Made by a program: the position numbers and the translations under genes. Of a stretch of 64,000 bases of DNA, positions 44,060 to 59,418 are shown piece by piece. Under the pieces are notes generated by a model. The model did not search any database, was not told the origin of the DNA, and worked only from the letters and a program-made list of their open reading frames with translations. The stretch's first letter is position 1; the number at the start of each line of letters is the position of its first letter. The stretch is from the human T2T-CHM13v2.0 reference genome, Homo sapiens. The DNA lies in the NCBI RefSeq assembly GCF_009914755.1, contig NC_060934.1; one strand, written 5' to 3'.

Positions 44060-44417
44060 GTCACTCAATCACTAATTCATTTATTTAACAAACTCATGTA
44101 GAGAACTTGAGGGCTAGGAATTGTTTTAGACATTGAGATTGCAACCATAAACTTGAGAGACAAGGTCTCTGTTTTGGTGAGAGGAAGTACACAAATAAAC
44201 AAGATAATTTTAGATAGCCAAGAGAGCAATGAAGAAAATAAAACAGGGTGAATTAATGCAGAATGAGTAGGGAGGATTAATGCAGAATGAGTAGGGAGGA
44301 TGGTACTTTAGCTGGGATTATTAGGGATGGTTTCTTTGAGTAGAAGACATCTGTGCTGAGATCTGAATATCAGCACATGGCCGCTATGAGGATCTGAAAG
44401 ACGTAGTCAAGGGCTTC
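44060..44417 (-). mobile_element. L2 fragment containing a perfect 24-bp tandem duplication
   Basis: 'ttcatttatttaacaaac...gacaaggtctctg...gacatctgtgctgagatctgaa'. Confidence 0.7.
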
Positions 44418-44432
44418 AAGACTGCGATAAGT

Positions 44433-44526
44433 CACCAGGAGCACTGGCTCACGCCTATAATCCAAGCACTCTGGAAGGCAGAGTGAATGAGACTCAGTTT
44501 CAAAAAATAAAAATGAAAAGAAAAAA
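44433..44526 (+). mobile_element. Internally deleted Alu (~94 bp)
   Basis: Alu 5' end 'ggctcacgcctataatccaagcactctggaaggc' joined to the 3' end 'gagactcagtttcaaaaa'; degenerate TSD aagacNNNgataagt. Confidence 0.75.
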
Positions 44527-44540
44527 AAGACCATGATAAG

Positions 44541-44720
44541 TGACATAATTTGGATATGTGTCCCTGTCCAAATTTCAGGTTGAAATGTAATCCCCAATGA
44601 TGGAGGTGGGGACTGGTGGGAGCCGATTGGATCATGGGAGCAGACTTCTCAGGAATGATTTAGTACCATCCCCTTGGTACTGTTCTTGTGACAGGAGTGA
44701 GTTCTTATGAGATCTGGTTA
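44541..44720 (+). mobile_element. MST LTR, 5' part
   Basis: 'tgacataatttggatatgtgtccctgtccaaatttcaggttgaaatgtaatcccc...gagatctggtt'. Confidence 0.8.
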
Positions 44721-44848
44721 CCATAGCTCAAAAACAGGCATAGACAATGCATACACAAATGAACGTGGCTTTGTTCCAATTAAACTTTATTAACAGAATC
44801 AAATATCCGTCACATTTGGCCTGCTGGCCATGGTTGGGCAACCTCTGG
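44721..44848. mobile_element. MER58-like hAT relic
   Basis: 'catagacaatg...aaatgaacgtggctttgttccaattaaactttatt...gcaacctctg'. Confidence 0.7.
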
Positions 44849-45856
44849 TCTAGATATAACCATTTTCAGCACTTCCAAGTTTCTTCTTTTTCTCCTTTGT
44901 TTCTTATTCCCTATCTCTTCATTCTCATTCTTTTGGTTTTGTTAGTCTTAATCTTTGAAACCCCGATATTTTTCTTACATTACTTAAATCATTTATAGTC
45001 TCATCAACTATGATATTCCAGAAAATCAATCTGCTTGAAGATTTGGTTGGATGGCCTATGATAGTGACTTGCCCAATACCACACCACCTTCTTGGTGAAA
45101 AGTGTACAAAAGTATTCATTTCTCACTTACTGCTCTATCTTCTGAATTAGTTTTCTGGCACAGAAAAACTGATTACAAAGATAAGGAGTCATATATTATT
45201 AGTTATTGTCTCCAACTGCTATGTAAAATCAAATAGCAAGTTCTATTAACTCTTCCTCATGAAGTTTTCTATCCATCTATTGAGAATAATCTTGGATGAT
45301 CTACGTAAGATTGGATCCAACCAGAAAAGAAAATAATGTAAATGTTTAAAATTTAACAGAGTGAATTGATATCACCAGTGATTAAGCTATGAAGTTACAT
45401 AGGGATCAGTAAGACCACTTAGAGATTAGCAACAATAAGAAGCTTCTACCAACCATACTCAAGGTTGGGCTGGGGACAGAGGAAGGAGTTGGGGTTACCG
45501 AAGCCAATGACACAAGGGCCTGTGAAACAAAGTGAGAGAGCAGGATGGATGAAGGTCAAGGTGTAAGTCTGAGGGGAACAGACCCAGGATCTGTTCATCC
45601 ACTCTGCCTTTTGCTACCATGCTGGATCAGGTACTCATTGCCTTACACATGATTGACTTGGATAACATCTTAAGTTCCCCAATTTCCAAAATTAATTGGT
45701 TCTTCAAGTTGTATTCCTCTACATGATTGGTCAAACTCACAGCCAACTTTTCTGTTTGAACTCAAGTCTTACTTCTTTTTTGAAATGTTTTTGATTGCTC
45801 CAAAAGACCATGGTAAACTCCACCTTTTTTGAAACCCTCTTTGAGGCATCATTTCT

Positions 45857-46221
45857 TTTTTTTTCCCATAGGTTTTTGGTGAGCAGGTGGTGTTTGGTTA
45901 CACAAATAAGTTCTTTTGTGGTAATTTCTGATATTTTGGTGCATCCATCACCTGAGCAGTGTACATTGTACCCAGTTTGTAGTATTTTTTCCCCCACTCC
46001 CCTTCCATCCTTCCTTGCACAACCCCCGAGTTCTCAAAGTTCATTGTATCCTTCTTATGTCTTTACATCCTCATAGCTTAGTTCCCACTTATGAGTGAGA
46101 ACATATGATGTTTGGTTTTCCATTCCTGAGTTACTTCACTTAGCATAATAGTGTCCAACCCCATCCAGGTTGCTGCAAATGCCGTTATTTCATTCCTTTT
46201 TATGGTTGAGTAGTATTCCAT

Positions 46222-46278
<57 letters not shown>

Positions 46279-46503
46279 ATATATATGTATATGTGTGTGT
46301 ATATATATGTATATGTGTGTGTATATACACGTATATATATGTATTTGAATATATATGTATATGTGTATATATATATGCATATATATATATCTCTCTCACA
46401 GTTTTTTAATCCACTTGTTGATTGATGGGCATTTGGGCTGGTTCTGTATTTTTGCAATTGCAAATTGTTCTACTATAAACATACGTGTGCAAGTATCTTT
46501 TTT
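45857..46503 (-). mobile_element. 5'-truncated L1PB (L1PB1-like) with an internal TA/TG microsatellite (46225-46392)
   Basis: L1PB 3' UTR 'caggtggtgtttggttac...gtgcatccatcacctgagcagtgtac'; ORF2 C-terminus '[11 protein letters not shown]...HMFSLISGN'; 15-bp TSD tgaggcatcatttct (45842-45856 / 46542-46556). Confidence 0.92.
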
Positions 46504-46544
46504 GTCTGCAGCATACCACCCTGAAAGTGCCCAATCTTTTCTGA
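46504..46544 (+). pseudogene. RNA5SP: 5S rRNA fragment (nt 1-42)
   Basis: gtctgcagc-ataccaccctgaaagtgcccaatcttttctga versus GTCTACGGCCATACCACCCTGAACGCGCCCGATCTCGTCTGA: 34/42 identical, most differences at CpGs. Confidence 0.82.
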
Positions 46545-49500
46545 GGCATCATTTCTAAGAAGTCCTAGACACCTTGTCATGTATTTCGTTATATTGGTTC
46601 TAAACATTTATTGTAAGTAGCATGTAGGTTTCTTAAGCACAGGAACCACATCTATATTTCTTCGTGTTGCCTATAAAGTTTATCACAAGCAAGTCAGTGC
46701 CAGACAAACACTTACTGATTGATTAGGTATTAAAATAAGAGAATCTTAAAAGCAAGAAGAAAACTTCGCTTGCCTAATTCATATTCTCTTAAATAGTCAC
46801 ACAGAGATTCTTAAAAAGTCAGAATGAGAAATTGGCTAAAACAGAGAAAGGTTTGCAGAGAGGTCAGAATGCGGAAGGGTCTTGAAATTCTTTACTAGAA
46901 GGAAAACTGAGCAGAAAACACACACAGGGGCACACACACACACATGCACACCCACACACACAGAGGCACCCATCAGTGTGGGCAAAATGAGCTTCAGGGC
47001 CTAGAATCTGAAAGTGCTCTGGTTACAGGTACAGGGTGAAATGTACTTACTACACACGGAACAACAAAAATCTGTGGTAGTTGCTCTTCCAAATGCAAGT
47101 ATTTTCAAATATGCTTAGGAAGAAAGTTACTGGGGAAGTCTCTTATGATCTCTTTGAGGGACCCACTACCACCATGAGTTGTCTTCCTCATGGAAGGGAG
47201 CCTCTCAGAGTTAGCTTCTCCAGGCCCACACTGTCCCTTTGTGATGTGAGCTACCTGGAGGAAAAGAGTTTGGGTTTTGTCCAACTGAACACCAAGAACA
47301 GAGTGTCTCAGAACCAGAGGTGATCCACAACTTCATCGTCATTCACAACCCATTGCACAACCTCAGCTGAGCTCATTCTGTACTGCCTGGGATTATCCTC
47401 CTTCGGTGACTCAGCTTCTTTGCCAATCAGCAGCTTCAGCTTTCACACTATGCAACTTTGTGCAAACATTTTCCTGACACATCCTGGATAAGTAGCAGGG
47501 CGATGTAACATGTGCTACACAGGCATTCCATTCCCTGGCGTCCATCAACAGCCCTTCCACAGTCTGCATGGATGCCCCTTGTAGTTATGCTAGAAACAAA
47601 TTCTTGTTGGTTTTTTAAACAGTGCCTGATGTTCTTCAAAACCACATCCAGCCCTCCAGTCCTTGGGGTACTTGCAGGTCATGGACAGGAAAGAGCTGTG
47701 GGATAAAATAAAGAACTGTGTCACTAAGATCTCAATGGTTTTGCAAGGGGAACTTCCTCTGAAAGAGGTACTCATGAGACACAAAGTCATGCTTCTCCTT
47801 ACCAGACACAGAGAATGAGAGTGTAGTGATGTGAAGGATGGTTCTGTAGTAGTTTGGTGCATAAGCGTGACATCATTGGCTCTTCAACCCACTGACCTGA
47901 GGATGTCTAAAGGGAAAGTGGCCTTATCTAGGACCCATAGTTCCTGGGACCTAAGAAACATGTGGATTATAGGTGCAAGTACTTTGGAGGATTCTCAGAA
48001 ATATTTGGGAAGGTCACCCTTCCTCTCTGGGTTGGAGTATTTCTAACTAAAGAGCAATGGAGAGTCCTCGGAACAGTTTTTTAAATTGATATGATGGCTG
48101 TTGCACTCTCAGGAGGCTGGTGATGCCTAGAACACCTGGGTTCCAGGAAAAATTGTCTCCTAACAGCAAGAAAAGACTCAAGAGTGGAATGTCTTTGGTG
48201 AAAGTGAGCCCTTGAGTGATTCAAGGCCAGGCACACCTAGTAGGCTGGAATTACTGAGAAGATTTGGGTATTGTTTTTCAGGCAGATCATATGACTCTTG
48301 AAGTCCCTCTTCATCCTGAAATTTGAAGGTAAGAGAATTTGCATAGGACATTCTTATTGAGCAGACCTAAAATATTCTCTTATCTGTCTCTGACTTCTTT
48401 TCTGTGTTGTTATGAGGCTACATGTCCTTATTGCTTCAGCCATAAATACTTATTTTCTTAGTCAAGAATGTTGAGGGACACAAGGACAAAGTGGCAATAG
48501 AAAAGTATGAGAGACAACTTTGGAAAAACCATCTTTGGTAGGCTTATAGATCTTATGGGAATTTAGGCGCACAGTTGCTTGTAGGATCCTGGATGGTTGC
48601 CTACAATCTGTGCAGTAGACTGTGAGGAATTTCAAGTGCAAAATTAACGTTCTCCATCCTACCCGCATGCCCGTATGGCCACAACAGATCCATACAACCG
48701 ACAAGATATTTTTATAGATTTTCTCAGTGGGAAAGTACATTGATCATTTGGGGGCTTATTGAGGAGAATTGTCAAGCAGTCAATTGATGCTTCCACATTG
48801 GTAAGCTGACCTCATTCTTAGCTTGGTTTGAATAACTTGACAGCACAGAATGTCAACAGTTCATAATCTGATGGATCACTTTAGACAGGCAAGAAACTAA
48901 ATTACCCTTCAGATGAGATGATAAGGCTGAAATATGTAAAGAGAAGCAGTTTTCTCCTTAGAAAAGGCTCATTATAACATTTGAATCACAATACAGTACA
49001 CTCCTAGAGCAGGAAGATTAATGACAGATAATCTACTTGAGTAAAATTACCCCCTGAGTAATATGAAAGAATTGTGGCAATTTTATGGATGTGGTAACTC
49101 AAAATTCTCCTGCCATGCACTATCAGTATGGGCACAGTTGCAGTTTTGGAACTGATAACTTATCTGGTGCCTGGGGAAAATGACATTTCACAAAAGTAAA
49201 CATATAATCCAAGCCAACAACCAATTCAAGATTAATGTGCCATTTGTGAGCAGGCTTCCCAGGCTATAAAACCAGAAAGCTTTTTATATGTTTTCTGTAA
49301 GGTGGGAGCATTTTCACACTGTATTGCTGCTTTATACTACAGATTATTATGAACGCCTTCTCTTGTGATATGGAAAGATGAATTAGGCCAGCTTTGAAAA
49401 ATATTTTTCTATCTATCTTGAGAAAATTATGTTTTCAGGGCTGGTGTTGCCCAATCTAAGTTTTACAGGTGAGTAAATTCACTTGTGAGGGAGGAATTCA

Positions 49501-50058
49501 ACATACTCTCTTGAGGCTAGAGGCTGCAATACCACACTTGTATGCAGCTGGTGAGAAGAAAAAGGAGGCTCAGTGGGGTCCTCGGTCCCCACCTGTCTGT
49601 GTGACCTCTGCCAGAGAAGTTGCCTATCCTCCACATGGGGGCCACCCCAAGCTTCATCCTTGTCACCTCCAAAGTCTTATTCTTTTATACTTTATCTGCC
49701 CCCATCAACTTTCGTTTCCTCTTCTACCTCTGCATTGGACATTAATCTGGATTAAAAATTAATTTCATGCAACACCATGAGATTTTGTGTTGCTAATTTA
49801 TTCCTCTATGACATTTGTGCACTTTTAGAGAGGAGAAGAAAATCACCTTCCATATAAAAAGGAACCTCTGGCAATGGAGAAGGAAGTTTGGTGAAGCTTG
49901 TTCCTGTGTCTTATTTCAGTAATTCACCTAAGTTGGGGCAAATAAAGCATTGAACTTCTACTATGGTCTCTAAAGTTTGAACTATCTCTTTGATAGGGGA
50001 AGAGAAAAGGGGTCAGGGAATCTTTCAGTTCTAAAATCCATGGCAAAATTATATTATT

Positions 50059-53808
<3,750 letters not shown>

Positions 53809-55044
53809 TAACAATTACTTAAGAATTCCTCAAAACTCTCCACTTATAGCATAGGATGATTGATGCTCTGTGTGAATATTTGTGTGCCTGTGTGTGTTTG
53901 TTTGTGTGTGTTTGAGTGATAATTGAAACATGTTATTTTCTTGGAATCTCATGTTTCAGTTTAAAAATGTATGCAAATTATACACTATACTATAGAATAT
54001 ATCTTTCTTTTCATAGAAAATAATACCTCAAGTAAAATTAGCTTTCCATGTTTATGTTTTGGTAGCGCCTGAACCCCAGATTAAGAATCATTGCCTTTCC
54101 TTACTGAAGAGGGTGTGTGGAAGAGGTGGCCAGCTCTCTGCCAAGATTCATGCCCAGACAGAGCAGAGTAATTATTAGGATGGGACTGATAGCCATTTCT
54201 CACCAATAAGTCTCACATCTAACCCTTCTACCAGCTTTACATATGGACATGCAACTTGTTTTTGCCAGTGAAATATGAGCAGGAAAGATATTTGCAAAGA
54301 TATCCACAAGTTTCTAGACCATTGTTGCTAAGACGCAGGTGTGCCTTTTCCACCTTCCCTTTCCCCTTCCGTAATGTGCTTGAAACATTGTGCTGAAGAT
54401 GGTAGAGCTGTAAAATGATATGAGCCAATGCTCATGAATCACACGAATGGAAGGTGCCCACCCAGTGCTAGCCCTGGACTGTTGCATGAAGAAGAAATAA
54501 TAGACTTATATTGTGTCATCTGTTACAGCAACTTAAGTTACCTTAAATAACAAAGGATGTGCATAGAATTTAGAATCCACGAGTTGTAAAAGTTTCTAGA
54601 TTAAAGTAGGTCCCTGTGTCAATCAATTTGGGGGATAGCCACCAGCCAGAGAATGAGGGGAAGACAGTGGGGAATCCTTCCTTCTGACCATTTCTCCCAA
54701 AGTATGTGGGGTGAAGTGAGTAGAAACCTCTGCTTAAATGAGGTAGAGTGTGTAACAACCCCTAGAACAGTATCTGGCATACAAGAAATTATCATGAATA
54801 TTTGTTGAATGTTAGTCTACAGTGAATTTGTATAATTTATTTCTCTTACACATATATTTTATTGCATTCAATGAGCATTCATTTAGCACCTGTTGTGTGT
54901 TGGGTGATTTGCCTCTCAGGGCTGGCTAGGAAACGTGAGTTCACCTTCAAGGTAGGGCTAGCCACTGGAGGTCCAGATAGGAGCTTCCTATGGTTCCCTG
55001 GAATTCCATTTCAGATTCCCCAAACGCCAGGACCTTGAGTGCAG

Positions 55045-55320
55045 ACGCATTCTCCTGACTTTATTTCTTCCCCTTCTTTACCTGCTTTTTCTTTCAATTC
55101 CTCTATCTTTCCCCACTCCTCTTTTCTTCTCTCATTTTCTTCACTTTTCGTCCTCTTATTCTTCTTGTTTTTCTTTTTCTTCCCTTTCTTTCTTCCCCTC
55201 CTTCTCCTACCCCCTTTATTTTCCTCTTCTCCTTCCTTTCCTTCCAATTACCCCCATCTTTTATTCCCACTTAGTCCCTCTTCTTTCTTCACCTTTTCTT
55301 CCTCAACCTCAACTTGATTT
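55045..55320. repeat. Low-complexity polypyrimidine (CT-rich) tract
   Basis: ~275 bp that are almost entirely C/T on the + strand. Confidence 0.85.
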
Positions 55321-55339
55321 CTGCCCTTCTAAAGCTTGA

Positions 55340-55704
<365 letters not shown>

Positions 55705-55976
55705 AAGAGGTGAGACCTTTTAAGAGGTGGTTAGGTGATGAGGGCTCTGCCCTCATGAATAAATTAATGTTATTGTCACAGAAGTAGGTTAGTTTTGAGG
55801 GAGTGGGTTCCCAATAAAAAAATTAGTATGGCTCCCTTACCATCCCTCTCTCTTGCGGGCTTTCTCACCATGTGATGTCTTCCGCCATGTTATGACACAA
55901 CCAGAAGGCCCTCACCAGATGTGGACCCTAACTCTTGGACTTCCTAGCCTCTAGAACAGTGAACCAAATAAACCTC

Positions 55977-56319
55977 TGTTCCAGGACTTTTCCTTAGTTC
56001 AGCTAAAGATGGGGGCCCTTGCCACAAAGCCATGAAAATTTAGGCTTACAGACAATTTGAAGGGTGAATAGAGCAGGGTTTTATTGGGTGAAAAGGGAAA
56101 AAAGGGGAAACGGGGACCCTCTGCAAAGCCAGACTCCCTGCTAGTGTGCTTTCTGCCTCGCAGTTTGAATCCCAGGTTCCACTGAAGAAGGGGAGGGGCC
56201 AGGCTCCTCCCCACTGCAAAGGGTGCGAACTTCCGTGGCTCCACCCCAGTGTGAATTCTTCCCAGTGAGCAGGTTGGTAAGAGGCTCTGCCAGGGAGCCC
56301 TTCTCACCTGGCTGTCTCA
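55977..56319 (-). mobile_element. ERV1 solo LTR (MER48-like)
   Basis: TG...CA termini (minus strand starts TGAGACAGCCAGGTG); 4-bp TSD with one mismatch (cctc/cttc). Confidence 0.8.
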
Positions 56320-58004
56320 CTTCTATTGTTTATAAATTACCCAGTCTGTGGCATTCTGTCACCTCAATTCCCATCAAAATGGCAAATGCAATTGCTCTTC
56401 TAAGAGGCCACAGATTTCTGTAGTGCTTCCTGAAGATTTGAAACTGTAGTTTTCTCCAAATGAGGCCGTTCTACTTCCACACTGTCCATCCTGACTCTGG
56501 ACGATGTCACAAGCCCCTTATGTCATTGCTCAGCTCTCCTGCCTCCTTAAGAGATTTGGAAAAGATTAAGATGGCTAAAGACCAAGGTGATGAGGACTGG
56601 ATAGGAAGATCTTAGTCATGCAAGACTACCTTATGCCCATAAAGATATTTGGGAATTTGCCTGAAGAGTAGAGAAAAATGATCAAATCTGACTCTCCATC
56701 AATTGTGTGCTGTGTGCAACATTGAGGTAAGTCAGGAAAATAATGGCCAATCCTCAAATGCTTGTTTTATATAATTTGTTCTGTGTCTCATCACTGAAGG
56801 CAAGACCACTTAGCCATTGTAAGTTGGCCTTGTGATAATTGTTTTTGAGATGCATGCTTTTTACCTTTTCAACGGGGAACATTATTTCTTACTGCTTGTA
56901 TAACAATTTCAATGCAATCTTATGCTCATAAGCCTTTGCTTTTTATGTTGTCAACAACTGAAGGTAAATAAAAATAACATTTAAATAATGCATGCTAATA
57001 ACATTCATAAAGGGAAGAGTGTTTATAACAAAATTGAAAAATCAATGCCATCAAGCTCTACGTATTCTGAAAACCCATACTCATAATACATTATTATTTC
57101 AAGGACTGTGACATTTGAAAGCTGTTAGGGTATCTTAAGCCCTTCCAAATGATATGATCTGAGAATATTAAATAATTATTTCTTTTGATTTTTCTCCCCA
57201 ACTATTCCAGGAAAAATGGGAAAGATAATTATGCAGATGAGTCTGGGCAACTGGCTAGAGGATCATAAATCACTGAGGGTTGTCCAAACACCCATATTTT
57301 CTGTTAGATGCATCTCCTTAAAAAGTGGAAAATTGATCTTTAATTTCCCTGAAGAAAAGTTCAGAGTATATTTTAGCTCTCAGAGCTCCAGATTTATAAC
57401 ACAAGCTAAGCCCAGAATTAGGGGAGAGCGTTTTTTTTTTTTTTCCATTCTTCAGAACAAAGATGAGAGATAGTTTCAGGGTATTGGTGACTGCATTGTA
57501 CAAATAATTTTTAAAGACCAGGTCTATAAAGGTGATGAATTAGAGAAAATTAAAGAGAAATTCAGCACTTTCATTTTTCTGAGTCCTCACTTTCTGAGAT
57601 CAAATTGTTCAAATTTTCCTTATACTTTACATAGGCAGATAGCCATCATCTTGTTGGGGCAAAATAAACTTTTGGATTTCTTTAGTTTATTTCTTAACTT
57701 ATAGTTCTACATGAGTTGAGTGATAAGAACCATTTATATAAGAACCATTTATACAATCCAGCCCCACGTGGAGGTCAAAGCTGCTGGACTGCGACTATAG
57801 AATCTTGCCTTCTATTCAAATCTGCTAAACACAACGAGAAAACAAGGGAGCAAGAACTGAGTAACTCATGAAAAAGACATACAAATTCTGAGAAATAAAT
57901 ATGAATCTAGCATGCCAGCTGGTGAGAAGTGAAGAAAAAAACCCTAAAAATAATACTGTCGATTTTAAATAGTACAAGCCAAGACATGCCAGTAAATATT
58001 CACA

Positions 58005-58225
58005 TTCAACTAACGTTTATTGAGTGCCTGCTGCACAACAGGGCCTATGCTAAGTATTTCACATACATCAGCTCCTTTCTTCTTCACAATGGTCCTGCAA
58101 ACAAAGAAAAGAGATGAAGTTTTTACAGAGAAAAAAACTGATATGTCTAGAAGTTAAATGAAAGACTTCAAGGTTTCACAGCTGGCAAGTCTAACTGGGT
58201 TTCAAATTGGAGTTTTCTAATTCTG
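58005..58225 (-). mobile_element. MIR
   Basis: 'aacgtttattgagtgcctgctg...ttttacagagaaaaaaactga...cacagctggcaagt'. Confidence 0.7.
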
Positions 58226-58229
58226 CCCT

Positions 58230-58565
58230 AGGTAGTGTTCTCCCAGAAGTAGATCCTGGTCCAAGGACCTGAGTGCAAGTGATTAAGATGGAAATGCTCT
58301 CAGGCAAAACCAGTAAAGGAGTAGGGAAGCAGGCTAGGGACAGGCAGGAAAGCAGGCAAGGGCACATTTTGCAATGAAGCCTCAGATTTAGATTTTGCTT
58401 TGGGGCAAAGAAGCTAACATTTTGTGCTCCATCATAAGTCAGTCTGTGACTGGCCCAGTCACTTTCCTCTCTCCGGAGTAATCCTCTGACATAGGAGCAT
58501 ATAGCAGCAAAGCAAGTAGAAGACAGATGCACAGAGCAGGTTAAGGGCATCATCAGTGTCCACTA
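58230..58565 (-). mobile_element. ERVL LTR (LTR16-like)
   Basis: 'ttctcccagaagtagatcctggtccaaggacctgagtgcaagtgatt...ggagtagggaag'. Confidence 0.55.
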
Positions 58566-59044
58566 AAGATAAACTCTAAGACTCTCACTTGCTACTACGC
58601 CTTGTGGGCCCATTTGTTATAACTTTAGAATGAAAAATTTCCCCAAATAATGGAGACAAAATTGCAAGATAAAAAAGGTACCCAATGCAAGACAAGTACA
58701 AGAAAGAGACAGGTATTTCAGAAGGCATCTTTGAAGACTGCATGCAATTTCTTTAGTTTCAACAGAAAGAACCATCTGTATAAGATCTATAACTTCATAG
58801 CATTTGTGTAACATGAAATGCTTTCCCTTGAGCTTTCCCAAGAATAGAGGGAAAAGGAAAACATTCTTGTTTATTTTGTTTGTTTCCCTCTCCTAATTTC
58901 ACATTTTTTGTGAAAGCCTGCACTTGGATGTACCAAGAACAAGTTGTTGATGTAATAAGTCAAGCCGGATCAATTCACCACTTATTAATAAAAATGAATT
59001 ACTAGTACTCACATCCTGCTAAATTTTAAAAAATGTTCCTCCTA

Positions 59045-59418
59045 TCTTTGTTTTCTCACACTGCTATAAAGATACTACCTGAGACTGCGTAATTTATAAA
59101 CAACAACAAAAAAATTGACTCACAGTTCCATACCTCAGGAGACCTCAGGAAACTTACAATCATGGCAGAAGGTGAAGGAGAAGCAAGGTATGTCCTATAT
59201 GGCGGCGGGAGAGAGTGAGTGAAAGAGTGAGTGAAATAGTGAGGAAATGCCACACTTAAAACCATCAGCTCTTGTGAGAACTCCCTCACTATCACAAGGA
59301 CAGCATGGGGAAAACTGCCCCCATGAACCAATCACCTCCCAGCAGGTGCCTGTCTTGATATGTGGGGATTAAAATTCCAGATGAGATTTGGCTGGGGACA
59401 CAGAGCCAAATAATAACA
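59045..59418 (-). mobile_element. MSTA/THE1-type MaLR LTR
   Basis: 'ctcacactgctataaagatactacctgagactg...cctcaggaaacttacaatcatggcagaagg...gggacacagagccaaa'. Confidence 0.85.

Noticed and set aside
46078-46558. Overlapping His/Ile/Tyr/Thr-rich ORFs
   Set aside because: Artefacts of a TA/TG microsatellite inside an L1PB
48200-49330. Possible CR1/L3 remnants
   Set aside because: Too degenerate to delimit by eye; needs an HMM search
55011-55317. Lys/Glu-rich and Phe/Ser-rich ORFs
   Set aside because: Translation of the low-complexity CT tract
57723-57752. 15-bp tandem duplication ataagaaccatttat
   Set aside because: Ordinary short slippage duplication
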